64,000 nt of DNA from Candidatus Levyibacteriota bacterium (GCA_038205015.1 JBBRCK010000005.1:1656-65655); one strand, 5' to 3'. Positions 42,989 through 54,375 are shown, counted from the first letter of the stretch. Program-made: numbers and translations. Notes: generated by a model not told the origin, from the sequence alone.

Positions 42989-43999
42989 ATGTTCGAAGAT
43001 TTGAAAAAAGAACTATCATCTTTTAAGCTATTAGCTAGTCTTTTAACAGTTGCTGTTTCAATCTATCTTCTCCAGATTTTTTGGCAGATATTCCAAAATT
43101 TTTTCGACGTTGTAATTATTCTTGTTGTTGCCTGGTTGTTAAGTTTTATACTCGAACCATTAGTAGATTTAGTTTCTAAATTCTCAAAGCTTTCAAAAGT
43201 TTTTGCTGCACTACTGGTATATATTTCTTTTGGAATTTTATTTACCCTGATGATATTTATTTTTATTCCTATAATTACATCGCAATTTCAATCCCTTTCT
43301 AAAATTATTCCTCAATTCCTATCTTCTTATCCGGTTTATTTAAAAGCTTGGAATAACGCAGTTGAAGGTTCAGTAAATATATTAATATCTTTAATACCCT
43401 CTCTTGCAACTGCATTTATAGATATAATTTTTATACTATTTCTATCATTTTATTTAATTATCGATAAGGATAAAATTAATGAGGAGCTATATAAACTAGC
43501 ACCTAATAGTTGGCATAAAAATTTAAAGTTTGTCCAAAAAGTTGTTAACAGTACTTTTTCATCTTTTTTACAAATTCAAGTAATCTTTGGCATCATTGCC
43601 GGAATTACAACCTGGATGGTTCTAACAATTTTTGGAGTTAATTTTGCCGCATCAATTTCTTTTTTAGCCGGTATCTTAACCGTTATCCCTCTGATTGGTC
43701 CACTTTTAGCCTTAGTTCCACCTATTTTCGTAGTGTTAGCAACTAATCCAAATAATCTTACTCTTGCTCTAATCATTCTTGCAATCCTACTTCTTATTCA
43801 ACAGATTATGCTTAATTATATCGGGCCGAAACTAATGGGAAGAGCTTTTAAACTTCATCCCATTGTTGTTTTCTTATCAATCATCATTGGTTATAAAATT
43901 GCCGGAGGGTTCGGAGCTGTTTTTGCCGTGCCAATTCTTGGAATTGCTGTAATAGTTTTAAAGGAGCTTGGGCACTACTTCATAAACCCCGAAAAATAG
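42989..43999 (+). CDS. AI-2E family transporter
   Basis: LEPLVD, IPLIGP, PKLMG..FKLHP, GAVFAVP. Confidence 0.9.
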   Translation: MFEDLKKELSSFKLLASLLTVAVSIYLLQIFWQIFQNFFDVVIILVVAWLLSFILEPLVDLVSKFSKLSKVFAALLVYISFGILFTLMIFIFIPIITSQFQSLSKIIPQFLSSYPVYLKAWNNAVEGSVNILISLIPSLATAFIDIIFILFLSFYLIIDKDKINEELYKLAPNSWHKNLKFVQKVVNSTFSSFLQIQVIFGIIAGITTWMVLTIFGVNFAASISFLAGILTVIPLIGPLLALVPPIFVVLATNPNNLTLALIILAILLLIQQIMLNYIGPKLMGRAFKLHPIVVFLSIIIGYKIAGGFGAVFAVPILGIAVIVLKELGHYFINPEK

Positions 44000-44021
44000 A
44001 AAATTATGATATCATATAGCT

Positions 44022-45242
44022 ATGGTAAACGTACAAACTCTTAAAGGTTTTCGTGATTTTTTGCCCTCCCAGGTAAGAAAAAGAGAATATGTTTTAAACA
44101 TCTTAAAAAAGGTGTTTGAGTCTTATGGCTTCCAACCCCTAGAAACCCCGGCATTAGAATATGAAGAACTATTAACCGGAAAATACGGAGCTGAAGGAGA
44201 CAAGTTAATGTATAAATTTGTCGATAATGGGGAAAGGAAAGTTGCACTTAGATACGATCAAACTGTTCCCTTGGCAAGGGTAATTACTCAATATCAAAAC
44301 GAGCTTACCCTTCCCTTTAAAAGGTATCAGATCCAAAACGTCTGGAGAGCGGATAACCCGCAAAAAGGTAGATATAGGGAATTCTTGCAAGTTGATGGAG
44401 ACATTGTTGGAGCTTATTCCCCTTCTTCTGATGCAGAAATAATTGCAATTGTGATAAAGAGTCTACAAAATTTAGGATTCAAAAAATATAAAATTTTAAT
44501 AAACGATCGGATGCTTTTTGCAAACCTTCCAAATTTGGGTATTTGCGATAAAGATATATCTGCCTTTATCAAAGCTATCGATAAGCTTAAAAAAATAGGT
44601 AAAGAAAAAGTTATTGAAGAACTTACTAAAAATGGCATTGCAAAAGAAAAAGCAGAGTATTTACTGGGTACTTTAGAGTCAGAAAAACCAACTCAAAGAA
44701 TTAGCGACATATTTTTAGCACTAGATAAATTGAATATAGATATGAAATCAGTTGAATTTTTGCCGAATCTCGCAAGAGGCCTAGATTATTACACCGGTAT
44801 GATTTTTGAGGTTGAAATAGAAGATTACGATGCTGGATCAATTGCTGGTGGAGGAAGATATGATAATTTAATTGGCTTGTTTGGTGGAAAAGATATTCCA
44901 GCTGTTGGCTTTGCGTTTGGATTTGACAGGGTTATCGAAGCAATGGAAAATTTAGATTTGTTTCCAAAAAATTTAAATAAAAATAACGTCTTCATTGCCT
45001 TTTCAACTGCGGAGCTACAAGATAAAGCTATAAAAATAACTTCAGAACTTAGAGACAAGGATATAAATGCTGAATATTATTTAGGAGATACAAATTTGGA
45101 AAAACAATTAAAATACGCGGACAAAAAACAAATTCCCTACTCTATTGTTGTTTTGGAAAATGAATTAAACTTTAAAGATATGCAGCAAAGAACTCAAGAA
45201 ACTTTATCTTTAGAAGAAATTATTAAAAAACTTAAAAACTAA
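44022..45242 (+). CDS. hisS: Histidine--tRNA ligase
   Basis: LRYDQTVP, GRYREF, RGLDYYTG, GGGRYD. Confidence 0.97.
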   Translation: MVNVQTLKGFRDFLPSQVRKREYVLNILKKVFESYGFQPLETPALEYEELLTGKYGAEGDKLMYKFVDNGERKVALRYDQTVPLARVITQYQNELTLPFKRYQIQNVWRADNPQKGRYREFLQVDGDIVGAYSPSSDAEIIAIVIKSLQNLGFKKYKILINDRMLFANLPNLGICDKDISAFIKAIDKLKKIGKEKVIEELTKNGIAKEKAEYLLGTLESEKPTQRISDIFLALDKLNIDMKSVEFLPNLARGLDYYTGMIFEVEIEDYDAGSIAGGGRYDNLIGLFGGKDIPAVGFAFGFDRVIEAMENLDLFPKNLNKNNVFIAFSTAELQDKAIKITSELRDKDINAEYYLGDTNLEKQLKYADKKQIPYSIVVLENELNFKDMQQRTQETLSLEEIIKKLKN

Positions 45243-45964
45243 CTAAATTCTGCTAGCGCTTTTGAAACATCTTCCAACGTAGTTTTTCCCAAACCTACAT
45301 AATTTTCTAAGATTTGAGTTTTTTTAAGAATATTTTCTTTATTAGTTGCAAATTGATGCGGATCAGAAGTTTTTATAAAAGTATCGGTTTCTTTATCCCA
45401 CTCAAATATTGTATGTCCCATCGGATTACCCTCTGCGACATAATGAACTTCGTAAACTTGAGACAATCTTCTTTTTGCATTTGCCGGCGTTGTACCAAAC
45501 ACTTCAATATACAAAACCAACTTAATTAAAGAGACATCCTGATCACTTATTGCGTTTTCTCTTGTTAACTGAATTATTGCATCTTCTGCGCTATCGGCAT
45601 GAATACAACCTTGCAGAGAATATCCTTTTTTAACAAGTTCAAAAACCTGTTGAGATTTTTCCCCCCAAATATATCCCGGCACTACAACCGGATTAAATTC
45701 GGAAACTACTAAATATCCTCCCGGCTTCTCAACATTTAAAAGCTTTTTAGTAACTTCTAAATTATCGGAAATATAATGTAACTGCGTACTATCTCTTCTT
45801 AAACCAAGTATGGCTTTAGAAAGAGTCGATTTACCGACATTTTGATAAATTGCAGAAGTTAAAAAGGACGTCTCCTCAGCTACTGCTTCCCATAAAAATC
45901 CCGCAACCTCGGCACTTAAAGTATGATTGCTTATTAAATCCAGTATTGTAAATTTTTGTTCCAT
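45239..45964 (-). CDS. Stand-alone secretion ATPase-like P-loop protein
   Basis: Atypical Walker A (AIYQNVGKST), LVVSE, His-box-like GCIHADS. Confidence 0.55.
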   Translation of the reverse strand: MEQKFTILDLISNHTLSAEVAGFLWEAVAEETSFLTSAIYQNVGKSTLSKAILGLRRDSTQLHYISDNLEVTKKLLNVEKPGGYLVVSEFNPVVVPGYIWGEKSQQVFELVKKGYSLQGCIHADSAEDAIIQLTRENAISDQDVSLIKLVLYIEVFGTTPANAKRRLSQVYEVHYVAEGNPMGHTIFEWDKETDTFIKTSDPHQFATNKENILKKTQILENYVGLGKTTLEDVSKALAEFS

Positions 45965-46045
45965 TACTTAATAAAGATAACGTAAAAAACTTTAAAACGC
46001 AAGATAATTCTTCACAAGAATTATTTAAGAATTTATGCTTAAGTT

Positions 46046-46354
46046 ATGGCGGAGAAGAATAAGGTAAAAGGAAAAATAATTAAAAAAGGTCGTGGCCCAC
46101 ATATAGGATTTACGGGATTTTTTGTAGTAATTACTATTGGTCTTATTTTAATGTTTATGAATATTGGACTAAGTCTTGGTATTACTTTTAGAATCCCTAC
46201 AACCAATGCGAACTTTACTCTTGCAGGTTGTTTGGGAGAAAAAAATAAAGCACTCGCCTCTTTACCAACGTATCTGACTGGAAAATTAGGCGATAATCAT
46301 GATTTCATAAATCATTCAATGACTAATACAATTGGGCCAATCGAAGGCTGCTAA
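46046..46354 (+). CDS. Hypothetical membrane protein, possibly truncated
   Basis: One TM; frame stays open past the TAA until 46417. Confidence 0.6.
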   Translation: MAEKNKVKGKIIKKGRGPHIGFTGFFVVITIGLILMFMNIGLSLGITFRIPTTNANFTLAGCLGEKNKALASLPTYLTGKLGDNHDFINHSMTNTIGPIEGC

Positions 46355-46418
46355 ATAGGAATAATCGGAAACCAACCCGGCTCCCCCTCAATTGGAATAT
46401 ATTTTAAAATAAAATAAT

Positions 46419-46994
46419 TTACGGAGCTTGGTGAACTAAATACTCTTGTAGACTACCATCAAATTGTCCTTTTTCTTTAGATGCATAAAAAAGAGAAACT
46501 TGTACGCCCTCTTGCCAATCAAGACTTCTACCAAAATAACTAACTAAAGAATCCATATGCGCATCAAATACTTCAGAGCTAGATCTAATTGCTACATCTG
46601 CTGCTGCCATACCAAGTGTTCTATCACCAAAATTGAATCTTGCAACTACTTTGGTGTCAGGATATTTATCTCTAGCAAGCTCTAATGCTTTTTGTAGACG
46701 CAATTCTCTATTTGTTGGAAACCAAAGTAAAACGTTATTATCTAATAAAACTCCTGTGGCTGGTTTTTTGTCTAAAAGGTATTCTTTCCAGATGCTGCTT
46801 GATGCTTCACTTCTAAAATCCTGCTCATAAAACTTAAATCCACCAAAATCTCCACCCCTAATCTTCGTTAAAGGATTCTGCTCTTGAGCTAAAACTCTTC
46901 TTCCCGACCTAGTTCCTTTACCTGTTTGTACTACTCTTTTTGCGTCTATACCTAAATAATTAGGAGCTTCTTGAGTATCTGTGTCTTCTGTCAT
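46419..46994 (-). CDS. Hypothetical protein
   Basis: 191-aa ORF behind TGaTATAAT. Confidence 0.7.
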   Translation of the reverse strand: MTEDTDTQEAPNYLGIDAKRVVQTGKGTRSGRRVLAQEQNPLTKIRGGDFGGFKFYEQDFRSEASSSIWKEYLLDKKPATGVLLDNNVLLWFPTNRELRLQKALELARDKYPDTKVVARFNFGDRTLGMAAADVAIRSSSEVFDAHMDSLVSYFGRSLDWQEGVQVSLFYASKEKGQFDGSLQEYLVHQAP

Positions 46995-47033
46995 ATATAA
47001 AAGTATTATATCACTAGGACATAAAAATTGAAT

Positions 47034-47288
47034 TTAAAATAAAACGATTGCTTCTAAATCAGCTAACTCTGATTTATATTCATCAGATAACTGACTCCAA
47101 ATAAGAGTATGTGCCAAAATAGCACCCTGTTCTTTTTTCCCCACCAAAGAACCTTCGGCAAGCTGATCCTCAAGTAACAATAAAGAATCTAACTTATTAA
47201 TAGTATCTTGGTCCGGAACAATACAATAATCTCTTCTATCAGGCTCATCGCCTATAATTTCAAGTTTGGGAAATTCTCGCTCTAACAT
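47034..47288 (-). CDS. Small acidic orphan protein
   Basis: TAGAAT 6 nt before ATG. Confidence 0.6.
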   Translation of the reverse strand: MLEREFPKLEIIGDEPDRRDYCIVPDQDTINKLDSLLLLEDQLAEGSLVGKKEQGAILAHTLIWSQLSDEYKSELADLEAIVLF

Positions 47289-47385
47289 CTACGTATTCTA
47301 CTACATTGTTATAGGACGTGCAACTGCGTTAGTGGCTTGTTCAACCATCTTGTTTTCAAGCACAAATTAAGCTATAATTATTTTT

Positions 47386-47682
47386 ATGAAATCAGCCGGA
47401 CACCCACAATATTTCGAAAAAGCAGAAGTAGTTTGTGCAGCCTGTGGAGCTAAATTTATAACCGGCTCTACGCTAGAAACTATTCGCGTAGAACTTTGCA
47501 ACAATTGTCATCCTTTTTACACAGGAGAGCAACGGTTTGTTGATACAGGTTCTAGAATCGAAAAATTCCAAAAGAAAGTAGAAACCGGAAAACTTCATGT
47601 TGCCAATAAAAAGGAGAAGGAAGTAAAGAAAGTACAAGGTGCCCCAAAGACTCTTCGAGAGATGTTATTGGAAATTCAATAG
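47386..47682 (+). CDS. rpmE: 50S ribosomal protein L31
   Basis: HPQY, CAAC, CNNCHPFYTG, RIEKF. Confidence 0.96.
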   Translation: MKSAGHPQYFEKAEVVCAACGAKFITGSTLETIRVELCNNCHPFYTGEQRFVDTGSRIEKFQKKVETGKLHVANKKEKEVKKVQGAPKTLREMLLEIQ

Positions 47683-47700
47683 CTAAATATCCCCACAACA

Positions 47701-48591
47701 ATGGACGATTACAGACAAACACAAATAGCCGAGCTTGATAAAAAAATTGAAGAAACAAAACTTCTTCTTGAAGACCCCCAAATGACAGAAATGGCAAAAG
47801 AGGAAATAGCTAATCTAGAAAAACAAAAAGAAGACATTCTTACGACTTTTCAAGCAAAAGAGGAAGAAACTTCCGGCGAAGATTTAGATGAAAGAAATGT
47901 AATTATTCAAATTTCCGGAGCCGCAGGCGGAGACGAGGCAACACACTGGGCTCAGGAACTTCTAAGAATGTACACCAGATTCGCAGAAAGAAAAGGGTTA
48001 AAAATTGAAAGCTTGGATGAAGATGTTATGAAAATATCAGGACACGGTGCTTTTGAAATGTTTAAATATGAAGCTGGGGTTCACAGAGTTCAAAGAATTC
48101 CAACCACCGAAAAAAGAGGAAGAGTGCATACTTCAACCGCAGCAGTTTCGGTTTTACCAGAACTTGAAGACATAGATTTACATATTAACCCAGACGATGT
48201 AAAGTTTGAAGCATTCAGAAGCGGCGGACACGGAGGGCAAAACGTTAATAAAGTTTCAACTGCCGTAAGATTAGTCCACGTTCCGTCGGGAATTGTTGTA
48301 ACTTGCCAGACTCAAAGATTTCAAGCACAAAATCGGGAAATAGCACTGGAAATGCTTAGAGCAAAACTTTGGGAAATAGAAGTTGAAAAACAACACGGAG
48401 AAATCGCAGGACTTAAAGCAACACAGGTAGGAAGAGGCATGCGCTCTGAAAAAATCAGAACCTACAATTTTCCTCAAGATAGACTTACAGATCATAGAAT
48501 AAATAAGAACTGGAGTAATTTAGAAGTCATTCTAGAAGGAAATATGGATAAAGTAATTGAAGATATGAAAATCCTGGAAAACGAAGTCTAA
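47701..48591 (+). CDS. prfA: Peptide chain release factor 1 (short form)
   Basis: [11 protein letters not shown] (PxT), [15 protein letters not shown]; follows rpmE. Confidence 0.92.
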   Translation: MDDYRQTQIAELDKKIEETKLLLEDPQMTEMAKEEIANLEKQKEDILTTFQAKEEETSGEDLDERNVIIQISGAAGGDEATHWAQELLRMYTRFAERKGLKIESLDEDVMKISGHGAFEMFKYEAGVHRVQRIPTTEKRGRVHTSTAAVSVLPELEDIDLHINPDDVKFEAFRSGGHGGQNVNKVSTAVRLVHVPSGIVVTCQTQRFQAQNREIALEMLRAKLWEIEVEKQHGEIAGLKATQVGRGMRSEKIRTYNFPQDRLTDHRINKNWSNLEVILEGNMDKVIEDMKILENEV

Positions 48592-50276
48592 ATGTATTTA
48601 TTGTCTTTTTCCCTGAGATCCTCAATCTTATCAATATGATTTTCTAAAATAATCTTAGCAATCTGTCTTCCACCAGCTAGATGAGGCAATATTACATAAT
48701 CTGCTCCCTCTTTATACAAAATTTTTGCATCCCGAGAATCAAGTGCCATCATTACTACTTTTGCACGTCTATTTTCGTGTTTTAGTTCTTTCAACAAGAG
48801 AACATTATCATCCGTGTCGGGAATTGTTGAAATTACCAGTTTTGCATTATCTATTTGTACCCTTTGCTGAATATCTAAATCAGATATATCACCAAAAACC
48901 CGATGAACATTCTTCTTTTCAAATTTCTTAACAACACTTGGATCAAAGTCAACAACTATCACTTCCATATCTCTGTCTTCTAACGCTTCAATAATACTCT
49001 CTCCCATTTGATCTCCACCTATTACAACTACGTGTCCTTTTATATTTTCTAAGTTTTCATCAATTTCAAATATCTCATCTTTTTTAAGATTTGCTCTTTC
49101 CATAAAATCTATTTTTCCCGCAAAAATTCTATAAAGGCTTTTCCAATGAGAAATCATGTAGGTTGAAGTAGCAAAAGTGATAAGACCAACCATCGTAATA
49201 AGTGAAACCGTATTTTGATTAATATGACCAAGCTTAAGACCCAAAAACACCAAAATTAGAGAAAATTCCGATACTTGAGAAAGAGAAACTCCGGTTAAAA
49301 AAGCCGTTCTTTTTCTATAACCTAAGATACTAAAAATAAGCATAACCAAAAATGGTTTTACTAATAAAACGAATATTGACAAAAAAATTGCAGGAATTAT
49401 AATCTGAGAAATATTGGCAAAAGACATCTGAATTCCTAAAAGAACAAAAAATATTACTATAAAAAAGTCTCTTAATATTTTAGCTTTGGCAATTATCTGA
49501 TAATTTACTAAAGAGTTAGCTAGGGCAACCCCTGCTAAAAACCCTCCGATTTCAATTGAAAATCCAACAAATTTAGAGCTAACAACCGCAGCCAAACCAA
49601 AAACCCAAGCTAAGCTTACTAGAAATAATGTTTCAGGAGATTTTGCGATAAATTCAAAAACCTTAGGGAAAATATTCTTGCTTAAATATGCAATTGCACC
49701 AAAGAGAACTGCGGCCTTTACAAAAATTAGACCAAGCGGCAAAATATCTATTCCACCACCCTTTTGTGTGTCAAATCCAGAAAGAAAAATAAGAAAAATG
49801 ATTGCAAAAATATCTTGAAACAAAAGAATTCCCAAAGAAAATTTTGCATGTAAACTGTGCAACTCTCTTTGATCTGACAAAAGTTTTACTACGACTATCG
49901 TTGATGAAAATGTGAGCGCAGTTGCAACATAAAAGGAGGTAATCGTGTCAAATTTAAAAAAGGAGGAAATTAAAAATCCCAAGATAAATGTTCCAAATAT
50001 CTGAGTTAAAGATGACAGAATTAATGCTTTACCCAAAGACATTAATTCCGAAACTCTTATTTCAAGCCCTATCATAAACAAAAGGAGTGTTACTCCAACT
50101 TGAGACATGGTTTGTAACACATCTTTACTTGAGGCTGTAAAAAAGTGGAATGAAGCAATTAATATTCCCGTAAGAATATATGCTAAAATCTCAGGCTGTC
50201 TGAAGAATCTGAAAACTAAAGAAAAAAATGCCGCTATGCAAATAATAACTGTTAGGTCTAAAAATATATTAGCCAT
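48588..50276 (-). CDS. CPA2/Kef-type cation:proton antiporter with TrkA-N domain
   Basis: FSST, ILLFQDI, SQVSEFS, C-terminal KTN domain. Confidence 0.9.
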   Translation of the reverse strand: MANIFLDLTVIICIAAFFSLVFRFFRQPEILAYILTGILIASFHFFTASSKDVLQTMSQVGVTLLLFMIGLEIRVSELMSLGKALILSSLTQIFGTFILGFLISSFFKFDTITSFYVATALTFSSTIVVVKLLSDQRELHSLHAKFSLGILLFQDIFAIIFLIFLSGFDTQKGGGIDILPLGLIFVKAAVLFGAIAYLSKNIFPKVFEFIAKSPETLFLVSLAWVFGLAAVVSSKFVGFSIEIGGFLAGVALANSLVNYQIIAKAKILRDFFIVIFFVLLGIQMSFANISQIIIPAIFLSIFVLLVKPFLVMLIFSILGYRKRTAFLTGVSLSQVSEFSLILVFLGLKLGHINQNTVSLITMVGLITFATSTYMISHWKSLYRIFAGKIDFMERANLKKDEIFEIDENLENIKGHVVVIGGDQMGESIIEALEDRDMEVIVVDFDPSVVKKFEKKNVHRVFGDISDLDIQQRVQIDNAKLVISTIPDTDDNVLLLKELKHENRRAKVVMMALDSRDAKILYKEGADYVILPHLAGGRQIAKIILENHIDKIEDLREKDNKYI

Positions 50277-50308
50277 TAATTATTTATAACAGGCTTAGCT
50301 CTTTCTCG

Positions 50309-51232
50309 TCAATTAAGATACATTATTTCTTCTTCCAATTCTATTCCGAATTTTTCTTTTACTTTGTCTTTTGCTAAATTAATTAAACTTACAACATCAT
50401 CGTATTTTGCATTTCCTACATTCACAATAAAATTGGGGTGTTTTTCGGAAATTTGAGCATCACCAACTCGAATCCCTTTTAGATCACAAAGATATAAAAG
50501 TTTTGCAACCGGAATTACAGGAAATGGGTCATCTTTAATATATTGCATTAGATCAGATTTCAAATTTTCTGGAATTTTTTCAAGCGGAACGTTTTTAAAT
50601 GTGCTTCCAATACTTGGCTTATCCATTGGATGTTTTTCGTTTCGATAATTAATCTTTTCCTGAACAAGTTTTTTTATCGTTTCTTTGTCGCCATTTTTTA
50701 ACGCAAAAATAACGGAAATTATTATTTCGTTTTTTGCAAACGTTTTAAAGATACTGGTTCGATAACCGAATTCACACTCGCTATTACTTCTTATTTTTTC
50801 CTCAAGAGTATCCAAATTAATACTCAAAACTTTCTTTACGCTGTCTTTGCTTTCACCTTTAAATGCACCCGCATTTCCCCTAACAGCCCCTCCGATAGTA
50901 CCGGGCAATCCTCCTGCCCATTCAAAACCGGAAAGCGAATTTTCAATACAAAAATTCAAAAAATCAGAAACTAAAACTCCGGCACCAACAACAACTTCTT
51001 CTCCCCTCTTTTCATTTCCCAAGATGTTATTATGAATAACCAATCCGTGAAAACCTCGTTCACTGATTAAAATATTGGTCCCTTTTCCCAAAGTAAATAT
51101 CTTACCCTTATTTCCCCACTCACTTAAACCCTCCAAAAGCTCTTCTTTTGAATTAATCTCGAGAAAATTAGCTGCATTTCCACCTATTTTATAATTGCTG
51201 TAGTCCTTAAGAGGTACATTTTGTCTAATCAT
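50309..51232 (-). CDS. murB: UDP-N-acetylmuramate dehydrogenase
   Basis: GKGTNIL, PGTIGGAVRGNAGA, GSTFKN, KHPNFIVN. Confidence 0.96.
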   Translation of the reverse strand: MIRQNVPLKDYSNYKIGGNAANFLEINSKEELLEGLSEWGNKGKIFTLGKGTNILISERGFHGLVIHNNILGNEKRGEEVVVGAGVLVSDFLNFCIENSLSGFEWAGGLPGTIGGAVRGNAGAFKGESKDSVKKVLSINLDTLEEKIRSNSECEFGYRTSIFKTFAKNEIIISVIFALKNGDKETIKKLVQEKINYRNEKHPMDKPSIGSTFKNVPLEKIPENLKSDLMQYIKDDPFPVIPVAKLLYLCDLKGIRVGDAQISEKHPNFIVNVGNAKYDDVVSLINLAKDKVKEKFGIELEEEIMYLN

Positions 51233-51244
51233 AAAGTATTAAGA

Positions 51245-52531
51245 CTATTTTAGAAGTTCTAGGACAGCTTTTTCAAGTTGAGTATCACGGGCTGGATTTT
51301 TTGCATCAAGACTTACCGAAACATCGGGCGTCAGCCCTTTCCCATGCACCCAAGCTCCCTTTGGAGTAAGCCATTTAGCAATTGTGACATGAAGTCCCGA
51401 TCCCCCGCCCAAATCTTCTGCTGCCTGTACTGTTCCCTTACCGTATGATGTTTCTCCGATTAATTTTGCTCTTCCATAATCTTGTAATGCTCCGGAAACA
51501 ATTTCCGAGGCAGATGCGCTTCCCTTGTTAATTAAAACAACAAGCTTTGGGGTTAATAATATCCCATCTCTTTGAGCGAGTAAGTCGGTCTTAGAATTTC
51601 CGTTATCCTCCGACACCACAACTTTTCCTTTTTGAATAAATTCAGAGGCAATAAAAGTTGCATCTGTTAAATAGCCTCCCGGATTATTCCTTAAGTCAAA
51701 AACTATTCCCTTAACATTTTTATTCTGACTAATTTTATCGGCTAGTCCTTTTACCAAGGTTAACCATTCCTGATTCGTATTGTCACCAAATTGTGAAAGT
51801 CTAATGTAAGCAAATTGTGCGCAATCTGAAGCTGTGCAAGCGTCACCTTTTGCTACAACCGAACAGGTCCCATTTGAACACTTAGCATTCCGTAGGTCCA
51901 TTACAACGCTTTTTACGGTAATTACGTCTCTGGTAATTTTTACGTCCTTTTTTTCCTTGGCATCTTTGTGAATAATTGTAATCCTTACATCTGTTCCCTT
52001 TGTTCCCCTAATCTTATCAACCGCCTGAGAAAGGCTCCAGTTGGCAGTAGATTGACCATCAACAGCGATAATTATGTCTCCCGGCTTTATACCTGCTTTT
52101 TCGGCCGGACTTCCATCTAGAGGAGAAATAACCAATATGTCTTTGTTATCATTTGTTCCAAGCTCTGCGCCAATTCCGGAGAACTGCCCTGCCAAACCTT
52201 GTTTAAAATTGGTATTTTGAACTGGAGGAAGATATAGAGTAAACGGATCACCTAAACTTTGAACCATTCCCGCTATTGCTCCATTTAACATTTTTTGTTG
52301 ATCCAATTTTGATTTATCATAGTAATTTGCTAAAACTTTTTGCCAAACAATCCAAAAGGGACCAAAATCTACATTCGAAACCGCAACGGGCGGCTCTTTT
52401 GAAGAAATATTCAAAATTGGTTTATAATTTTTCCAATCTAAATTTACTTTATTTAATCCGAAATAATATCCACCTAAAAATGCGATGGCAATTATTAAAA
52501 TTACTTGAAAAATATTAAATTTTTTATTCAT
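51245..52531 (-). CDS. S41 carboxyl-terminal protease (CtpA-like)
   Basis: PDZ domain, DLRNNPGG, SASASEI, GKGTVQ. Confidence 0.95.
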   Translation of the reverse strand: MNKKFNIFQVILIIAIAFLGGYYFGLNKVNLDWKNYKPILNISSKEPPVAVSNVDFGPFWIVWQKVLANYYDKSKLDQQKMLNGAIAGMVQSLGDPFTLYLPPVQNTNFKQGLAGQFSGIGAELGTNDNKDILVISPLDGSPAEKAGIKPGDIIIAVDGQSTANWSLSQAVDKIRGTKGTDVRITIIHKDAKEKKDVKITRDVITVKSVVMDLRNAKCSNGTCSVVAKGDACTASDCAQFAYIRLSQFGDNTNQEWLTLVKGLADKISQNKNVKGIVFDLRNNPGGYLTDATFIASEFIQKGKVVVSEDNGNSKTDLLAQRDGILLTPKLVVLINKGSASASEIVSGALQDYGRAKLIGETSYGKGTVQAAEDLGGGSGLHVTIAKWLTPKGAWVHGKGLTPDVSVSLDAKNPARDTQLEKAVLELLK

Positions 52532-53271
52532 AAAATAACTATATTTTTATTTTCCCCGTTTAGGTAAACTTTTTTACTTTTACTTTTTACCAGTTTATCA
52601 AAATCTTCTTTAGAAACAATCGCTAAGCTTATATCGATTGGCTTTTCCGCTAAATCAATAAAATCCGTATCTTCAATTTCTGTTGTAATTATCCCTACTA
52701 CGTCAAGTCCAATTGCTTTAAATAAAGAAATTTTATCAATTGATTTTAAAATTAATATCTTATCTTCTACGTCTTTATCCAAATTTTCCAAAGACTCAAT
52801 ATGCAAAAGTTCACCCGTATTTTCTTTTCCAAGACTGTCAATAGCAACTAAAACATTTTTATCTGTTTTAATCACAATTTTTTCATTATTACAAAAATCT
52901 ATAATTCCTTCAACTGGCGAAATTATCGTCTCGGGATTACCTACACTTGGACTTTTGATTACTAAATTCCCTTTTTCCTCATCAATTTTTATGACAGTTC
53001 CTGATAATTCGCTTAAAACTTGTTTAGAGCCCATTCCTAAAGCGCCCTTTTTTACCGCAACTATATCTCCTTTTTCTACCAAATCGCCTAAGTTTTTTTT
53101 AAGAAATTGGGAAATCTTAGCTGGTGGCACGCTTAATTGCAAGGAAATATTGATAGCAGTTTCACCGTACAAATTCTCTTTTTCTGCTAAAATATCACCC
53201 TCTGATACTTTGTCTTTAACAGAAATTTTAGGATTAAATCCATTTGGAAGGATTATCGGCAGCAAAGTCAT
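52528..53271 (-). CDS. Hypothetical protein with biotinyl/lipoyl-like barrel-sandwich segments
   Basis: GDLVEKGDIVA, SELSGTV, SPVEGII. Confidence 0.55.
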   Translation of the reverse strand: MTLLPIILPNGFNPKISVKDKVSEGDILAEKENLYGETAINISLQLSVPPAKISQFLKKNLGDLVEKGDIVAVKKGALGMGSKQVLSELSGTVIKIDEEKGNLVIKSPSVGNPETIISPVEGIIDFCNNEKIVIKTDKNVLVAIDSLGKENTGELLHIESLENLDKDVEDKILILKSIDKISLFKAIGLDVVGIITTEIEDTDFIDLAEKPIDISLAIVSKEDFDKLVKSKSKKVYLNGENKNIVIL

Positions 53272-53280
53272 TTTTAAATT

Positions 53281-53532
53281 TTAAATGGAAACCACAAATG
53301 GCAAAAGAGCCAAGTGCCTTGCGTGTTTTATAGAAAGCGCAACTCTTTTTTGATGTTTTGAACAAAGACCACTTCTAAGTTTTGGGACAATTTTTGCCCT
53401 ATCGGTTATAAATCTATTTAATACTGCTATGTCTTCAAAAGTTGGTTCTTTTTTTTCTGCACAGAAAAAACATTTTTTTGGTGCATTATTTTTTAAATTC
53501 TTTTTAATTATTCTTCTCTTCTTTTTTGGCAT
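53281..53532 (-). CDS. rpsR: 30S ribosomal protein S18
   Basis: CFFC, KHQKRVALSIKHARHLALLPF. Confidence 0.96.
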   Translation of the reverse strand: MPKKKRRIIKKNLKNNAPKKCFFCAEKKEPTFEDIAVLNRFITDRAKIVPKLRSGLCSKHQKRVALSIKHARHLALLPFVVSI

Positions 53533-53535
53533 ATT

Positions 53536-54030
53536 TTAAAAAGGTATATCATCTGGCGCTATTTCTTCTTCAGCTGGCGCCTCTTCTTGTGCTGATTCAT
53601 CTTTTTCAATTTTTTCAACTTTCTCAACTTTTTTTGCTTTCTTTGGCTCTTCATCAGACACTGGCTCACTAACAGTATGACTCTCTTCTCCTGGTTTTCG
53701 ACTGTCAAGTAAAATCATGTCGTTGATTACGATTTCTGTGGTTTGTTTTTGTGTTCCATCCTGCGCATTCCAACTTCTGGTTAAAAGCCTACCTTCTACA
53801 AAAACTTTTCTACCCTTAGTAAGAAATTGTGAACATAATTCCGCTAACTTATTCCAAGCAACAATTCTGTGAAATTCAACTTCATCTTTTTTCTCTCCGG
53901 TATCGGTTGTCCAAGACCTATTTGTTGCAACTGAAAAAGAACAAACCGCACTACCACTAGGAGTATATCTAAGCTCTGGATCTCTGGTTAAATTTCCGAT
54001 TAATTGAACTCTATTTAAACTTCTTGCCAT
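53536..54030 (-). CDS. ssb: Single-stranded DNA-binding protein
   Basis: LNRVQLIGNLTRDPE, C-terminal DDIPF. Confidence 0.97.
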   Translation of the reverse strand: MARSLNRVQLIGNLTRDPELRYTPSGSAVCSFSVATNRSWTTDTGEKKDEVEFHRIVAWNKLAELCSQFLTKGRKVFVEGRLLTRSWNAQDGTQKQTTEIVINDMILLDSRKPGEESHTVSEPVSDEEPKKAKKVEKVEKIEKDESAQEEAPAEEEIAPDDIPF

Positions 54031-54049
54031 ATATTTTATCCCTTTGGGA

Positions 54050-54328
54050 TTATTTAATTCTTAAAAGTAAATGTCTTAAAACTTCATCTGCTGCCAAAAG
54101 TCTTTTTTCTAAATCTTTAGAAAATTCTTCTGTTAATTCAAAAAGATAATTTACATAAAATCCGGAATTTTCTCTTTTTATAGAATAAGAAAGAGGCTTA
54201 TCCCCCAACATATCTTCCTTAGTAAACTTGGCACCTTTTACCCAAGATTTTACTGTTTCTAAAAATTTTTTCCTGTTTACCTCTGTTAAAGATGATTTTA
54301 AAACCAAAACTAACTGATAATTTCTCAT
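54050..54328 (-). CDS. rpsF: 30S ribosomal protein S6
   Basis: MRNYQL, LSYSIK, VLRHL; rpsF-ssb-rpsR gene order. Confidence 0.92.
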   Translation of the reverse strand: MRNYQLVLVLKSSLTEVNRKKFLETVKSWVKGAKFTKEDMLGDKPLSYSIKRENSGFYVNYLFELTEEFSKDLEKRLLAADEVLRHLLLRIK

Positions 54329-54375
54329 GTCGGGTTTAATATTACCATACTGGGCATTTTGAAGCAAGAATTAAA

